In this document: positions 1 through 12,260 of the stretch, piece after piece | Layout: each line of letters begins with the position of its first letter | Numbering within the stretch: position 1 is the first letter of the stretch | Assembly: GCF_001194135.2 (NCBI RefSeq) | Contig: NC_068984.1 | Span: 24,387,671 to 24,451,670 of the forward strand | Reading direction: 5' to 3' | DNA length: 64,000 nucleotides | Source of the DNA: Octopus bimaculoides | Lineage: Eukaryota | The notes under the pieces: generated by a model | The model's database searches: none | What the model was told of the DNA's origin: nothing | What the model saw: only the letters and a program-made list of their open reading frames with translations | Translations under genes and position numbers: made by a program

Positions 1-382
1 ACAGACTAAAGATTAATGGCTAACAAAACTGCTATTTTATAAGAAACAAATATCAATTCAATTTCATTAATGACTGTCAAGTGAAAAGCAGAATGAAAAT
101 TATACAGAATCAAAAGATGAGTGGAAAACTTAATATTGGCTGATGACCAAGAAAACCTAGAGAGGATGCTGCATCTGTTGTTGTGTACCTTTAATCTCAT
201 TAGATTCTGGGTTTTGATGAATTGATTAATTGATTATGATTTGAACCAGCAATGAAAATATTTTTAATACAAGCAATTGTTTCCTATTGAACAAAATATA
301 TTCACAGGTCAATAAACTGCATGATAACCTTTTTTTTCTGAATTACTTCACAATGTCTCTGAGACATAGAACCCATTAATGA

Positions 383-655
383 CATCATCATCATCTCATT
401 TAATGTTTGTCTTCTATGCTGGAATGGGATAGACAGTCTGACATGAACTGTCAAATCAGAAGACTGCATCAAGCCCTGTTGTCTGCTTTGGCACGGATTC
501 CATGATTGGATGCCCTTCCTAACACCAACAACTTTACAGAGTGAATTGGATGCTTTTTTTTTACATGGCACCAGCACCAGTGAGGTCACCAAGTAACTTG
601 CAAGACAGGACTCCTCAACTGAGACAAGGAGAATTATTTAAGGATAGGAAAAGGA
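383..655 (-). mobile_element. Old SINE family C copy (V-domain-like, (GAT)n tail)
   Basis: (CAT)n tail then ggatgcccttcctaacaccaac, the reverse of the family C core seen in younger copies at 36468 and 59335. Confidence 0.75.
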
Positions 656-696
656 GTCTTGCATTAGAGGGAAAATATGACTACCTNNNNNNNNNN

Positions 697-752
<56 letters not shown>

Positions 753-765
753 GAGAGGGAGAGAG
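697..765. repeat. (GA)n microsatellite beside N-gap 687-696
   Basis: Direct reading. Confidence 0.95.
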
Positions 766-1099
766 AAGATGGTGAAGATGTGACAGGGAAGGGGCAGGGG
801 TGAGTGGATCAGGGATTAGAGAGGTAGAGTGGGTAGGTGAGTTCATGAGATTGCAAAACGAGGGTGGGAGATTGAAAGGGGAATGTAATGATTGGGCACA
901 GGCAGAAGGGTGGGGGGTATTAGGAGGATATATTGCAGGGAAAAGATTAGGTAGTAAGAAATAAGACTGCATTAAAATAGACTTTTGAGATTCAATGGTT
1001 TCTGAGTTTTGACTTCATGATCAACTTCATTCCTGAGACTTTTGAACAAATTGTTATCACAGAGAATAACAGGTCAAGATAATAACCTACTATGAAGTA

Positions 1100-2030
1100 C
1101 TTGATTGAAAGTGAAACATGTTTGGGGTCATCGCCATGTATTAGAATCCACTTGAGCAACAACTGATGATCAGAATAGATTAAAAAGAGGTCTCAAGATG
1201 TATTTGAACACTTTTTGATTCATTGTTCAATATTTGAACACTTCTTGATCCAGTGTTTTGATCCATTGTTACAATGACACAAACTGGAAGGAAGATTAAG
1301 ATGATGGTGATAAGGTGTCACAGCATACTTTTGAGGTACAGGAACATAAATATAAGAGAGAATATGGACAGAAGTTTCAGAGTGTACCCTCAATGCACAA
1401 AAATGTGAATAGAGAAGAGAGTAGAAACAAAATACTGGGAAGGGTGGTAGCTAGAGGTTGCAAGAGTGTATGGGGAGAGTGCAAAGTGGTTAGAAATGGA
1501 GTCAGATGGGATGACTGTAGTGAATGATGAACAAGGTTGGAGGAGTGTTCAATGGTAAATATGAGTTGACAAGACAAGAAAGAAGGGGGGAGTAGAGGTG
1601 ATGGCTGGCAGCACACACACACACACACACACACACATTGTGCTTTTGTAACATAAAGACAAAAGTGCTTGACATAATTATAAGTTAAAAGATCTAGTCT
1701 ATGTGAGATCAAGAGGGATCACACACCCAAAACACATTTTTGTTCAAGTGGTGGTATAGGCATGTGTTGGGGAGGGATGAAGAGCATGTTCTGAGGAGGG
1801 TGATTGTGTCTGAGGTAAATGGAGCATGAAAGCGAGGTAGACCGAGGAAAAGGTGGAGGGGACAGGTGGAGGAGAAGATTGAGAGGGTTGGTTTGAAAAA
1901 GGAGGATGCCCAAAATCAGGCAAGATGGTGTGAGGGCGGTTGCTATGGCATTGAGGTAGATCTGGCCACCCCTGTTAATGGGGACAAAACCTGGATTTAA
2001 AACACTGGATGATGGTCCTTTAGTCAACCA
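1100..2030 (-). mobile_element. Possible highly decayed Penelope-like RT relic
   Basis: Minus-strand peptides PINRGG (cf. PADKGG) and LLSSLFT (cf. DVxSLYT) in the expected order; many stops; interrupted by (CA)n. Confidence 0.3.
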
Positions 2031-2324
2031 TGTATGTCAGTAGGTTGAAAACAACAGGAATGCACGCACACACACACATACATAGACAGACAGATATATA
2101 GATATAAATTTATGCATAAATGCACACATACACACACGTGTATGTTAGTATTCATTTAAATACACACAAGCACACATACTTACATATGGAGAATTACAGA
2201 GAAGTAATTAGCTGAGATTCAGATTGTAGCAGCTAGCTGACTGATTAAAGTGTGACACCATTAAACTACATGTGAAATCAAAGTTTGCCACAGACATAGC
2301 TCTATGGTGATACATATACATACG

Positions 2325-2460
2325 TTATGTATGTATGTTATGTATGTATGTACGTTATGTATGTATGTATGTATGTATGTATATATGTATATATGCATAC
2401 GTTATGTATGTATGTTATGTATGTATGTATGTATGTATATATGTATATATGCATGTATTT
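2325..2460. repeat. (TATG)n compound microsatellite
   Basis: Direct reading. Confidence 0.95.
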
Positions 2461-2769
2461 GAAATAAGTATATATAAGCTCAATATCCCTACTTACCTAC
2501 CTATGGTCTCTAAGTAATAACCCATTCACAACAGCAGATTGGGCGGCATTACAGAAATCATCCAAGTGTAAAACAATTTTTCTGATTGCTTATGCAATTC
2601 CTAAGGTTGTCAAGACTACAATCCTGTTTATAGTAAAAAATAAGTTTAAAAATGGAAAATACTCTACTGTACTTTATTAGGGTCACTGGATTTCTTTTTT
2701 TTTTTCTTATTTTTTCTTTATTTTTTTTTTTATTTTCTTTCATTTATAATTATAATCTTGTCTACTATA

Positions 2770-2970
2770 AGTACAAGGCTTGAAATTTTTTTTTTTTTTT
2801 CTTTTTGATGGGAAACTAGTTGATTACATCGACCCCTGCATTCAACTAGTACTTATTTCATTGACCTCAAGCAGATGAAAGGCAAAGTTGACCTTGGCAG
2901 AATTTGAACTAAGAACATGGAGACAGATGAAATGTTGTCTAGCATGCTAATGATTCTACCAGCCATCTGC
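2770..2970 (-). mobile_element. SINE family B, old subfamily
   Basis: gatgaaaggcaaagttgaccttggcagaatttgaact is the reverse of the tRNA B-box plus the B core. Confidence 0.85.
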
Positions 2971-3104
2971 CTTTTTATAATCATAATAATGATACAGTTA
3001 TTGTACTCAGTGCTCCTACTGGAAAAGGGAGAAAAGAAAGCAGCAATATATCAAGTAAAAGAAAAACAGCAATGTCAGCCAAAAGTGCATGTCCAGTATG
3101 GTCA

Positions 3105-3290
3105 TCATTGTTTAATATCCTTTGTCCATTGGGTTGGACGGTTTGACCAGAGCTGACAAGCTGGAGAACTACACCAGGATGCCCTTCCTAATGCCAACCA
3201 CTTTACAGAGTGTACCGGGTGCTTTTAACATGATACTGCACGAGCACTTTTGCATGAGTGCTTTTTACATGGCACCAGCACTAGACTTTT
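3105..3290 (-). mobile_element. Old SINE family C fragment
   Basis: gggttggacggtttgac...ggatgcccttcctaatgccaaccactttacagag. Confidence 0.8.
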
Positions 3291-3689
3291 GCAGGTCAAT
3301 TCTCTTCACCAGAGGGAGTGGCCTTTAAATTAAATATACAGATTAAAATACTAAAAGATAGACAAGTGAATAGTAAAAGAACCTTAAAGAGGAGTAGTGC
3401 TGGCAAATTTTGAAAAGCAACAAATTTTTGAAGGATTCTGTAACTCAACAGTTAACTAATATAAGTAGTTTATTTTGTGCTTTAACAATTCTGAACACCT
3501 TATTTCCAGATACAGTGTGACTTAAGAAAAAATTTGGTTACTGTTTCAAGCAGATTGTGCAACCACATAGCAATTCCACTAGTGTATTTTATGCCATCTT
3601 CTATTTTTTACCTATTTCAGTCATTAGAATTTTGTTAGATGGGAGCTATGTGGAAATCAGTGGTGTATACCATAATCATCATGAAGGTA

Positions 3690-3962
3690 TATAGCTGAGT
3701 TTAAATCTCAGTGGCATGTTATATCGTAGAGTAAAACACTTTATTTCCTGTTGTTCCAGTCCACTCAGCTGGTAAAAATGAGTTGAGCCTGTAATTCAAA
3801 GGACTAGCTTTGTCACATTCTGTGTCATACTGAATATCCTTGAGAATTATGTTGAAGGCATGCATGTCTGTGGAGTACTCAGCCATTTGCACGTAAATTT
3901 CACAAGCAGGCTGAGTGATTGGATCAATTGGAACCTTTGTCATCGTAACCAATGGAATGCCT
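3690..3962 (+). mobile_element. SINE K head (CORE-like) with D-type tail
   Basis: actttatttcctgttgttccagtccactcagctggtaaaaatgag then tail gtctgtggagtactcagccatttgcacg...ggaatgcc, shared with family D. Confidence 0.8.
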
Positions 3963-4011
3963 GTAGTAGAGATACACATGTCTGCTCCAATTGGAAAAAC
4001 AGAGAAGGAAT

Positions 4012-4079
<68 letters not shown>

Positions 4080-4300
4080 NNNNNNNNNNNNNNNNNNNNN
4101 NNNNNNNNNNNNNNNNNNNNNNNNNNNNNNNNNNNNNNNNNNNNNNNNNNNNNNNNNNNNNNNNNNNNNNNNNNNNNNNNNNNNNNNNNNNNNNNNNNNN
4201 NNNNNNNNNNNNNNNNNNNNNNNNNNNNNNNNNNNNNNNNNNNNNNNNNNNNNNNNNNNNNNNNNNNNNNNNNNNNNAGAGAGAGAGAGAGAGAGAGAAT
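4012..4300. repeat. (GA)n microsatellite spanning N-gap 4080-4277
   Basis: Direct reading. Confidence 0.95.
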
Positions 4301-4524
4301 GAGAGAGGAAGAGAAGATGATGAAAAAGATGAGTCAAGTCATATCTTTAAGTTGCAGGGAGGTAACTAGAAGTGAAGTGGTACAGAGAATTGGACAGAGT
4401 GAGTGAGTTCGCAAGAGTGTGAAAGGAAAGTGAGAGATAGACAGGAGGGGAATGCATTGCAAAATTGCAATTATAAAGAAAAATTATCCTACTATATTTT
4501 TATAAATCCTATTATATTTTTACA

Positions 4525-5070
4525 CAAATGGCTGTGTGGTAAGAAGCTTGTTTCCCAACCACACAGTTTTGGGTTCAGTCCCACTGCAAGGTAACTTGGG
4601 CAAGTGACTTCTATCGTAACTTCAAGCCAACTAAAGCTTTGTGAGTGGAGTTGATAGACAGAAACTGAAGGAAGTCTATTGTACATGTGTGTGTGTGTGT
4701 GTGTAAAGGTAAGATCCAAGGATCAAGGTAAAGAAGTAGCTAGTGGAATACCCCTCGTTTGGGTAATTACTACTTCTGAGGTTCTGCTAGCTAGGAAATA
4801 TATGTAACCTAGATTTTATCTACTCTATTCCCCAAATTTGGGTGGGTGTGTGTGTGTGTGTGTATTTGTATCTGTTCTTTGTTCCCCACCACTACCACGT
4901 GACAACCAGTATTGGTCTGCTTACACCCCATGACTTAGCACTTCGGCAAGAAAGAGCAATAGAATAAGTACTAGGTTTTAAAAAATAAATCCTGGAGATG
5001 ACTTGCTCGTCTAAAACCCTTAAAGGCAGTGCCTAGCATGGCTGCACTCAAATTACTAAAAGAAGTAAAA
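4525..5070 (+). mobile_element. SINE family A with foreign insert in its microsatellite hinge
   Basis: tRNA-like head ggctgtgtggtaag...ggttcagtccc, A body, (TG)n, about 135 bp insert, then 3' half ending ...aagaagtaaaa. Confidence 0.85.
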
Positions 5071-5089
5071 ATATTATTAGGAATTGTAC

Positions 5090-5368
5090 ATAAAAAGCAC
5101 CATCCGAATGTGGTCAATGTCAGTGCCCCTTGACTGGCTCCCGGGCCAGTGGCATGTAAAAAGCATTATCTGAATGTGATGGTGGCATGTAAAAAGCACC
5201 CACTACACACTCGGAGTGGTTGGTGTTGGGAAGGGCATCCAGCTGTAGAAACATTGCCAGATCAGATTGGAGCCTGGTGCAGCCCACTGGCTTTCCAGAC
5301 CTCAGTCAAACCGTCCAACCCATGCCAGCGTGGAAAACAGACGTTAAACGATGATGATGATGATGATA
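5090..5368 (+). mobile_element. SINE family C
   Basis: aaaagcacccactacacactcggagtggttggtgttgggaagggcatccagctgtagaaac...cgttaaacgatgatgat. Confidence 0.9.
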
Positions 5369-5879
5369 ATATGATGTATATAACAATTGTTTGAATATTT
5401 TGTGTATCATAGAAGTATAACCGATTTATTTACGCATAAGCCCTATATGGACCCCCGAGGGTCATATGGGCCTCAGATGAGAATCATTGGGTTAAACTAA
5501 TACATTAACAGAATAATTACTAGAGTAATGCAAATGACATTAATAACGGTGCAAAAAAATTACAGCTTGCCTATCTCCTAGGTCAACATTTCACCTAGCA
5601 TATTTTTTTAAAGCTCTGAACCAGATACTTAAATGCTATTTTCCCTGTGCAAAATCTACATGTTTATTTATAAACCACTGTTATAGCCTGTTGAATCAAT
5701 CAACTACACTTGTTCTCCTTCTCTTCAACACATCTGTGGTCTTGTACCACTATAAGAACTCATTATTACTGTTATTACTACAGAAGTAGTAGTAATAAGC
5801 ATCAATGTCAGACTATTGTTTTTGTATATTACGAAATATGTCTATCGCCATCATATCAGCATGTAGTTAACATATGGGG

Positions 5880-6095
5880 CCTCTTTGTAGTCGTTCGATT
5901 AGTTAGAAATAGCAACTAAATCTTTTTTAAATTATACACTATCGTCTTTTAAAAGAGGACACATTGGGTAATGTATTTCTAGATATCTCTAAAAAGACTT
6001 ATGGTCAGACAGGATGATCTAGGCTGGACCATCCTATCTATTTGATCATAAATCCGCCCAAACGGCGTTGACTTTGGGTTAAATGACAACAGCTA
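5880..6095 (+). repeat. Unclassified dispersed repeat E
   Basis: tagaaatagcaactaaatc...aggacacattgggtaatgta...tttgatcata...gggttaaatgacaac; recurs about 10 times in the window. Confidence 0.7.
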
Positions 6096-6851
6096 AAACC
6101 TTGTCGTTCAGCGAACTATTTGTTTTGCTATAAGATTGGTCCATCAGAGCAGACCAGGGTGTTACATAAAAACAATCTAAATCCTTATTTCTTGTTTCTT
6201 TATCAAAATAAAAAGTAAGCACTAAACGCTCAGGATAAGAATCACGACTCTTCGACAAAAAAGATATCTTATTCCATCAACTTATTACAAGCCCTTTCTT
6301 TTAATATATTAAAAACAGAGACATGCCAAACCAGCACAGCGCTTAAATAATATCGCGTGTACAACAAACAAGTCTTTTGTGCAAGGGAAGTAACTCCTCA
6401 GTCACTAAGATGACCTGATAAAAAATGAACAGCTTTTGAATTCGTTAGTAAAGTTTGCTTAAACTCAGAAAGTGACGAAACCTTACCAATCTAAGAAAAT
6501 AATTCTAGGCTCCAAAATAGGGATCCCGTTAAATTTCTTATTAACATTTAAAGTTTTTCAAATTTTCGCTAGATTATTTTTTTCAAAAAGTAATTCTGAT
6601 GTAGTTTAAGCAGGCTTATGACGAAAATTGCATTTTTTTCTAGAAACTAATAATAAAGAAGTTAGAAACTAATAATAAAGAAGTTACAAACATTTAAAAT
6701 TATGTAATTTTCGCCGAAGATACCATGATATACTTCATATAAAATAAATTAATGCTTTTAAAACTTTATTTTTACATAATCATCTATACGACGGACCCCA
6801 AGGTATTTAATGCAGACCTGACAGCATAATATTAATTATTCTTTTCTACTC

Positions 6852-6970
6852 TAGGCACAAGGCCCGAAATTTTTGGAGGAGGGGGCAGTCGATAAGATCG
6901 ACCTCAGTACGCAACTGGTACTTAATTTATCGACCCCGAAAGGATGAAAGGCAAAGTCGACCTCGGCAGA
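6852..6970 (-). mobile_element. SINE family B, 5'-truncated, CpG-intact
   Basis: ctaggcacaaggcccgaaattt...atcgaccccgaaaggatgaaaggcaaagtcgacctcggc. Confidence 0.9.
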
Positions 6971-7214
6971 ATCAATTATTATTTCAAAACATGTATAACT
7001 CAATGAGTTTCCAGAATCGATACAGCGTTGGAAAATATTTTGAAATATTTGTTCTGAATTCAAATCTCACCGAAACTGACTTCGATTTTCATATCCTCAG
7101 GGGTAGGTAACACGAAGTATCAGCCAAATACTGGGGTCGATTGAATCAACTAAACCCTCTTCCTTAAAAATTGCAGACCTCGTGACTAAATCTTTATTTC
7201 AAACTATATTTTTT

Positions 7215-7527
7215 ATCTTTTATTTGTTTAAGTCATTAGACTGAGGCCATGCTGGGGTACCACCCTGAATGACTTTAGTCGAACTAATTGACTTATTTTG
7301 TTAAGCCTGGTACTCATTCTATCCCCCACTTACGCCAAACCGCCAAGTTACGGGGAGGTAAATACACTACTTGTCAAGTGGTGGTGGTGAACACACACAC
7401 ACACACTTTCTGTCTACCAAATCTACTCACAAGGCTTTGGTCGGCCCAAGGCTGTAGTAGAAGACACTGGGACTGAACCCAAAACCATGTGGTTGGGAAG
7501 CAAACTTCTTGCGCTATAGCCACACTT
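7215..7527 (-). mobile_element. SINE family A with internal deletion
   Basis: Reverse tail tttgttttaagtcattagactg, (CA)n hinge, reverse head ...aaccatgtggttgggaagcaaacttctt. Confidence 0.85.
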
Positions 7528-8214
7528 ATCATTTTAATGTCTTTAGTCATAAATCAGTCTTAATTGTACTGACTTGTGTTGCAAGAACCCTGTAATTAAT
7601 GGTAGATGTTTAAATACCAATCAGCCCTTATACAGAAGACATTTTAAAGACTGTATGGTGCGTTAATATCTTTCCCTCGAAGTTCCATCATTATACTCTC
7701 ACATCAATAGCATATAATACACATGTTGTTGTTTATCCCCCAGGTGAACTGTGTAGTTCAACACATTTATGATCAAAAGCATTCCAATAACGATGATTCC
7801 TAGTCATTTTTTCCTTCTTTGTTTTTGTGGGTATAATTGTCTCTAAAAGAATGCTGATCTGTGATTGAGATGGAATAGATCCGCTGATCTATATATTTTT
7901 CTGGATCTTTTCTCAGAAGAAGTGAAAAAGGCAGAGTAAAAGAATATACCTTTGAGTTTGTGGTTGCAGTGTCTTTGTATGTAGATCATCGTTGATTTTT
8001 TCCCCCCATTATCTAGAATGTGTGTGTGTGTGTGTGAAAGAGAGAGAATGTAGTATCAATACCCCACCAGGTATACAAGAAGTTCTCTGGTATGGGCTCC
8101 ACTTGTGCTTTGTAATAGTCTAGTATCAGATGAAGGCTGACGTATATTTTAATCCTAAAACGAAACTTGGATCTTTACAAATTTCCCAGAAGAAACCCGT
8201 CGCGCGCGCGTGTG

Positions 8215-8388
8215 TGTGCGTACGTGCATGCATCTTTGTGTCTGTGTTTACGTTTCTGTAACTTAGCAGTTCAGCAAAAGAGTACAAGGCTTAAAGAAAG
8301 TACTGGAGTCAATTTGTTTGACTAAAAATTCTTCGAGGCAGTGCTCCAGCATGGCCGCAGTCTAATGACTGAAACAAGTAAAAGATAT
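8215..8388 (+). mobile_element. SINE family A 3' half
   Basis: gtaacttagcagttcagcaaaag...gtgctccagcatggccgcagtctaatgactgaaacaagtaaaag. Confidence 0.85.
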
Positions 8389-8406
8389 TCTTTTTTTTAT
8401 ATACTC

Positions 8407-8560
8407 TAAGCACAAGGCCCGAAATTTTGGGAGAGGGGACCAGTCGATTAGATTGACCCCAATACGCAATTGGTACTTAATTTATCAACCCGCAAAAAAA
8501 TGAAAGGCAAAGTCTACCTCGGCGGAATTTGAACCCAGAATGTAAAGACAGACGAAATAC
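8407..8560 (-). mobile_element. SINE family B
   Basis: aagcacaaggcccgaaatttt...tgaaaggcaaagtctacctcggcggaatttgaacc. Confidence 0.9.
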
Positions 8561-8591
8561 AAAAGATAAGATATTGGTTATTCTCTGATAC

Positions 8592-8661
8592 TTTTTCTTC
8601 AGCCACAGTGATTATGTTTGTGCCAAGCAGAACGTCTTTTGTCACATCACAGACATCTTTA
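8592..8661 (-). other. Candidate coding exon
   Basis: Acceptor ttttattgaacttgttAG; open frame KDVCDVTKDVLLGTNIITVAEEK; weak donor AAA|GTATCA; no homology recognised. Confidence 0.2.
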
Positions 8662-8959
8662 CTAACAAGTTCAATAAAAAAAAAAATCCTTGTGCCTTTT
8701 TGGGTATCATCCCANNNNNNNNNNNNNNNNNNNNNNNNNNNNNNNNNNNNNNNNNNNNNNNNNNNNNNNNNNNNNNNNNNNNNNNNNNACCAATAGCATT
8801 TTTCTTTTTCTTTTTTTTTTTTTTAAGTTTGGTAGTGAGCAATTTTTATTCCTGTTCTCATACCTGTTGACAGTTAAATATTTCCCTTTTGAAATGGTTG
8901 TGGGATTAATTCAAAAGTTTGAAACCTATGTCTGAATGAATTCCTACTTTGGAACGCAA

Positions 8960-9332
8960 GCATGGTGTGTGGTAAGAAGCTTGCTTCCCAACCACATGGT
9001 TCCAGGCTCAGTCCCACTGCGTGGCACCTTGGGAAATTGTCTTCTGCTATAGCCTTGGGCTGACCAAATCCTTGTGAGTGGATTTGGTAAACGGAAACTG
9101 AAAGAAGAATATATGTATGTATGTATGTATATATTTGTGTGTCTGTTTGTCCCCCCACCATCAATTGACAACCGATGTTGGTGTGTTTAAGTGCCCGTAA
9201 CTTAGCGGTTCAGCAAAAGAGACCGATAGAATAAGTACTAGGCTTACAAAGAATAAGTCCTGGGATTGAGTTGTTCGACTAAAGGCGGTACTCCAGCATG
9301 GCTGCAGTCAAATGACTGAAACAAGTAAAAGA
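8960..9332 (+). mobile_element. SINE family A, full length
   Basis: tRNA head, gtggatttggtaaacggaaactgaaagaag, (TATG)n hinge, tail actgaaacaagtaaaagaa. Confidence 0.92.
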
Positions 9333-9699
9333 ATTTCAAGTTTGAAAGTAAAAAATGAAAAAGAAAAAGAAAAAAGTAAAGAAATATAAGCAACTTCAAA
9401 CGAGACTTTGTCGTTATTTACTAGTTTCATAGCAGTCAGCTAGCAGCCATAAGACATCTCAATACTTAGGCTGCTCAACACTCCACTCTACCCACCTACC
9501 TACCTACCTACCTAGCTCTCAGGAAAAGCCAGTCAGCAGACAGAGAGATTTCAAGCAGTCAGCAGCAGTCAGGTGAAAATGCTTGATCCTGATACAGTAT
9601 GGTCTTGTCTTTCTCTTTTGAAAAGCTTCAGCCTTGTCATTCAGTGATATGCTGAGTCTGCTTGAAGATTTAAGTTAACAGTACAAGTGTACTCTTATA

Positions 9700-9888
9700 C
9701 CTTAATATGATTTCAAGTTTTGGCATAAGGCAACCCCAGTGCTCAACTGGTACTTATTTTATTGACCCCAAAAGGATGAAAAGCAGAGTGGACCCTGGTA
9801 GAATTTGAATTCAGAACATACAGATGGACAAAATGCTGCAAAGCATTTTGCCTGGCATGCTTAATGATTCTGCCAACTCACCACCTAT
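9700..9888 (-). mobile_element. SINE family B, old subfamily
   Basis: actggtacttattttattgaccccaaaaggatgaaaag...ctgccaactcaccacct. Confidence 0.85.
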
Positions 9889-10089
9889 GAGTATATTACT
9901 GAAAGCAAAACAGACTATGGAATCTTGTGCAGCCCCTGGCCTTGCCAGCCTGTCAAGCTGCCCAACCTATGCCAGCATGGAAAACAAACATTAAATGATA
10001 ACGATGATGATGATGATGATGATTTCAACTTGACTAGTATTTTTTTTAATGACTCTGAAAGAATGAAAGTACCACAAGGTCCAGTCTTT

Positions 10090-10495
10090 ATTGTGGTGTG
10101 ATGGCTTGTATGCCTCAATGAACCTGAGAACTATCTTCGTGGAGCATGAGCTCCAGGTAGGGCTTCCCATATTGGACAGGTCAAAGGAGAGAGGCCAGAC
10201 AAATATGGACAAAAATGGCTTTGCATTGAGCCAATACGCCTACCTAGAAAAAAAGCAAGTTACTGAAGTATCAATGGCAATTCAAAACCAAGGTCTGTGA
10301 GAGGAAGGCCTTCCCCCAGGGAAAAATATGCCTGGAGTACAAGTGGGGAAACCCACAAAGGAGGCAGAAGAGAGGTTGAAAAAGTAGGGATCCAACTGAA
10401 GAAAAGCAGAAACAACAGCCCAGTGTCGAGAACGGTGGGGAAAAGCAATCAATGGCCTATGCTCCATGGAAAACGTAGGACTTAAGTAAGAAAGA
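10090..10495 (+). mobile_element. Bipartite RTE-derived non-autonomous retroelement (5' UTR plus 3' end)
   Basis: RTE-type leader ...gagctccaggtagggcttcccatattggacaggtcaaaggagagaggccagac joined to a C-terminus reading AQCRERWGKAINGLCS, then a TAAG tail. Confidence 0.7.
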
Positions 10496-10984
10496 ATGAA
10501 AGGCAAAGTCTACTTTGTTATAATTTGAGCTTAGTATACAGCGGCACATAACTAAATACCATCACTCTACTATTCCTGCCATTTCACTGTCTTTCACAAT
10601 TCACAGACTGATACCATCAAATAACTACAACAACAACAATTACAACAAAGAACATTGATGGAATGTTCAAGAAATTAGAAATATTATGTACCATGCTATC
10701 TTAAGGCTAAAAATTCGATTTATTCTTCTAATATATTTTGAATAATTTCTTTGGATTCTTTAAATGAAATGAAAGAAAAGTGAAAAATTAACAAATGGAG
10801 ATGGAAATTCTTGAGTGAGATATGATTTAGATAAAATAACCAAAGAAAAATACTACCAAATCTGACATTTGCAGATTGATATAAGTCTAAATTATAATTT
10901 ATTATCAGCACAAATATATCAACTACAATAATGGCATCACTCACCACCACCATCAACTTCATCAATCAACACTTGAAACTAATG

Positions 10985-11320
10985 AAAGCCTCTACATGCT
11001 TGATCAACTTGCTAGAAACAGCAGTAAAAATCTTCCTCAAAACTCACTTTACTGGCTTTAAAAAAGGACACATTGAAAAAGTAACCCTAGATTTACTGTT
11101 TTTATAAAAGATGAGATGCACACCCTTAGAATGTCTCTTAGCACATCTATTTGATCGGTGTTGGCCATGGAATAAACAACAACAGCAACAACTCAATCAA
11201 CACTACTATCTAGCATGTCCTTCCTTTTCATTAAGACTGTAGAATGTGATAAGAAGGAGATTTGGCTGCTATTTCTAGCACACTGAACAAACTATATGAA
11301 GGTATTCTCATTAGTTCATT
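10985..11320. repeat. Two repeat E copies, tail to tail
   Basis: + copy ends aataaacaacaacagcaac; - copy contains gatttggctgctatttctagca. Confidence 0.7.
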
Positions 11321-11689
11321 GATACAGCAAGTTCTTGTGTGACATAAGGTGCACAGAATATACATATGGTATTAGAAACAAAGAATTAGAAGATTATCAA
11401 TATGACACGTTCCCCAGTTGAAGCAAAGTAAAGCATTCAAAGAATAGCTATCTGACAAATTAAAATTTTGTTTATAACAATGTCATGGAACTTCTTTTGG
11501 TAATAAAAAACATAATTTTGTAATCTTTGGTATTAACAAATGTATTCAATACATAATGTGGAAGATAAAATCTTATGCAAATCTCTCTTTAAATTTTTTG
11601 GAAGGCGTGGGTATATGAACTTCTTTTTCTTAATTTTTTTAGGTTGGTCTAGAGAAAGGGTTGGTACGCATTGCTTTTACAAGCCATCC

Positions 11690-12010
11690 AAGAACACTGA
11701 AATTATGCTGTTAGCATTCTATTCAAATTTCTGCAAATCAACAATTGTAGCAAAGACATGTTTCGAAAGGAATTCCAGTGGGGTGGGAGCTAACATTCTG
11801 GGAAGAAAAAACTGGATGTAGTGATAAGTGTGGTACCTAGCAGTGGGGGCAGGGCAGATACAATATGGATGTTGAAAGGATAAGACACAAGTGAACCATG
11901 AGTGCCTGAATGGAAGTGGCACAAGACTAGCTCCAAGAAGTAGAAACCATTGTAGCAGCAGAGTAGAAAAAAGCAGAGACATTGAGACAATACATTTATG
12001 GGTTGGAGGT
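11690..12010 (-). mobile_element. L2/CR1-group LINE 3' relic
   Basis: Minus peptide FFLPRMLAPTPLEFLSKHVFATIVDLQKFE resembles SFxPRTxxLWNxLPxxVFxxxxDLQxFK of the better copy at 63170-63260. Confidence 0.5.
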
Positions 12011-12084
12011 GAGAACAAGATTTTAAGTGAAATACATATCTAAACATAGCTTGAAGTGATTCTGTACTCGTTATTTAGTTCCAG

Positions 12085-12260
12085 GTTACCCTTGTGACCT
12101 ATGATCAAAAGCATTCTAATAGTGACCATCCCATCATTTTGTATATCCATGACTGCATTATCCATAATCCCCTTCCTTTTTTTATGATAGTAGGGTGTGA
12201 TTTGATGAGATTTGGTTGCTATTTCTAGCAGCTTGAAGCAACCATATAAATTACCCTTCA
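12085..12260 (-). repeat. Repeat E
   Basis: gacctatgatcaaaagcattc...agggtgtgatttgatgagatttggttgctatttctagcag. Confidence 0.75.

Noticed and set aside
139-190. ADDQENLERML as an RT YADD motif
   Set aside because: Too short, with no flanking RT motifs.
3860-4369. Long ORFs with ER/SL/HT/CV/YI repeats or X runs (also 27029-27829, 35398-36141, 38775-39317)
   Set aside because: They are translations of microsatellites and N-gaps.
7916-8012. Overlapping exon candidates on both strands (+ RSEKGRVKEYTFEFVVAVS; - NGGKKSTMIYIQRHCNHKLK)
   Set aside because: They are mutually competing, show no recognised homology and have no phase-compatible partners; this illustrates the chance rate.
8126-8168. cagatgaaggctg...gtatat resembling the 18977 hammerhead
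   Set aside because: The core is CAGATGA, with no helix II partner or helix I pairing.
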